Shown: positions 62,583-64,000 of the stretch, piece after piece | Layout: each line of letters opens with the position of its first letter | How positions within the stretch are numbered: position 1 is the stretch's first letter | Assembly: GCA_964016885.1 (NCBI GenBank) | Contig: OZ024745.1 | Coordinates: 74,648,001 to 74,712,000, forward strand | Reading direction: 5' to 3' | DNA from: Eledone cirrhosa | Lineage: Eukaryota | Length of the DNA stretch: 64,000 nucleotides | Made by a program: the position numbers and the translations under genes | The notes under the pieces: model-generated | Told to the model about the DNA's origin: nothing | Seen by the model: only the letters and a program-made list of their open reading frames with translations | Databases searched by the model: none

Positions 62583-63725
62583 TATATTTCTGCTAAACAC
62601 TCATTTTTTGTCCAGTAACAATGTCCCATAAAACGTATCCTCCTTAGCATAACAATATCTGAAACAGGAGGCCTGTCCAGATAGAGACCTCTATTTGTGA
62701 CTCTCTGTCATCAAGATATGTTGAAAGCATGTCTCAAGAGTCTTGTGTAACATCCTTTTAGTCTTTTGTCGAGGGTTTTATTAAGTGTCTATGCTTCCAA
62801 CCTGTAGAGTAACACACTTTCAACTGTGGCTTTGAAGAACATACACTTTAGTCTCCTTGAGAGAGATGATTGCCATATTTTCTTAAGTTTGTTTACGGCC
62901 GACCGTGTTAAGGCTTTTCTGATGTTGATTTCTTTTTCTGTTGACGAGATCCATGCTCCGAGATATTTGAAATCAGAAACTTCTTTAATAGTTTCGCCAT
63001 TTGAAGTGCTCAGCTGACTATGTGTATTAAATATCATAAATTTGGTCTTGGTCTCATTTATTTTCAACCCTACTTTTATTGCTGCCTCTTCCAGCTGAAT
63101 GAAAAGAGTTTGAGCATCTGCTATATTGTTTGATATTAGAGAGATGTCATCTGCATAATTCATGTCAGTGATAATATTCTCAGAATGAAGTTGTTTCCTA
63201 GCAGTGTTTCAGTTTAAAGTAAAACCGCAATTCGCAAGACCTTGAACAGTACATATAACCACATAATGTATCACTATAATAAAAATGTATGGAGACAGAG
63301 TACCACCCTGAAGTACTCTATTCTTAATTTCAAAGAAATCGGTCTTGCCATCATCAGACATGACTTTTGCCAAGGTATTCTTGTACATGACACCAATGGC
63401 TCGAACAATTCTGTGAGGGAACCCATAAATTTGAAGAATTTTCAGCATCTTCTCTTGATGTATTGAATCGAAGGCCTTTTTAAAGTCTATAAATGTTAAA
63501 ACTACTGGAAGGTTCTTCGACTTGACGCCCTCAATAATTCGTCTAAGAGTCAAAATTTGAAAGATTGTAGAATGACCTTGTCTGAACCCGTTTTGATTAA
63601 TCCTCAATAGAGGTTCAACATGAGGTCATATCCTATTCAGCAACATCTTGTTATACACTTTTGCTGCAATTGATGTAAGACTTATTCCTCGATAGTTTTC
63701 AAGAAGAGTAAGATTACCCTTTTTG
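61950..63725 (-). mobile_element. RTE-like LINE (further family), RT to C-terminus, inserted in the old relic and itself interrupted
   Basis: NQNGFR...QILTLRRIIEG, FIDFKKAFDSI, YADD, FKYLG, LLWKP..G.RSRG.P...Y.D.L..DTG. Confidence 0.85.
62095..62531 (-). mobile_element. Second copy of the ~435-bp candidate solo LTR
   Basis: Inverted homologue of 29977-30412, in an unrelated context inside a LINE. Confidence 0.5.
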
Positions 63726-64000
63726 TTAATGGGAATAATGCCACTCTTTGACCTTATTTTGGGTTTATTTCCATTAAAAAAAGATAAGAGAATAAGACTC
63801 AAACCTCATAGGTGCACAGGTGTATTCAATAATAAGGTTTCTCATGGAATAAAATCTCTCAAATGTTCAGAAGGCTCCCTTGAAGTAGTAGAAAACATTC
63901 ACTAACTAGGTGACTTCATTAGTAAGGGAGAATGACGGGGTATCGAACGTTTTGTAGCCAGAGTGAGAACAAGGTAGAAGTTTAGAGATCTGTGGCCTCT

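Larger units (their letters stand above)
56050..64000. repeat. Tandem duplication unit D (runs off the window)
   Basis: Collinear with units B and C. Confidence 0.8.

Overview
This is AT-rich eukaryotic DNA with no prokaryotic genes, rRNA, functional tRNA or CRISPR array. The core is a cluster of five paralogous C2H2 zinc-finger loci, each with a single coding exon and no recognisable KRAB, SCAN, BTB or ZAD domain. One diverged copy lies on + (6232-7581, 14 fingers). Four copies lie on - inside ~12.5-14 kb tandem duplication units: 17962-19953 (intact, 22 fingers), ~32372-33670 (pseudogene), 46131-47722 (frameshifted 5' end but an open finger array) and 58954-60273 (intact, 14 fingers). The spacers are filled with transposon relics: about 12 copies of a young tRNA-derived SINE, several RTE-clade LINE families, CR1, CRE-like RLE retrotransposons, a SPIN/GTF2IRD2-like hAT relic, a gypsy integrase relic and candidate solo LTRs. 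The monotone GEKPYHCEICGKSF fingers, clustered layout and repeat content fit an octopod cephalopod; this is inference and was not verified by a search. I cannot demonstrate a wholly new biological system. The best leads are: (i) a constant-plus-variable finger architecture with a hypervariable base-contact position and a shared ancestral frameshift; (ii) a 25-bp tandem array of NRF1-like palindromes; (iii) two apparently independent SINE insertions at one paralogous site; (iv) conserved non-coding exon signals; (v) a PHD-like module inside an RTE reverse transcriptase. Transposon boundaries were read by eye and are approximate.
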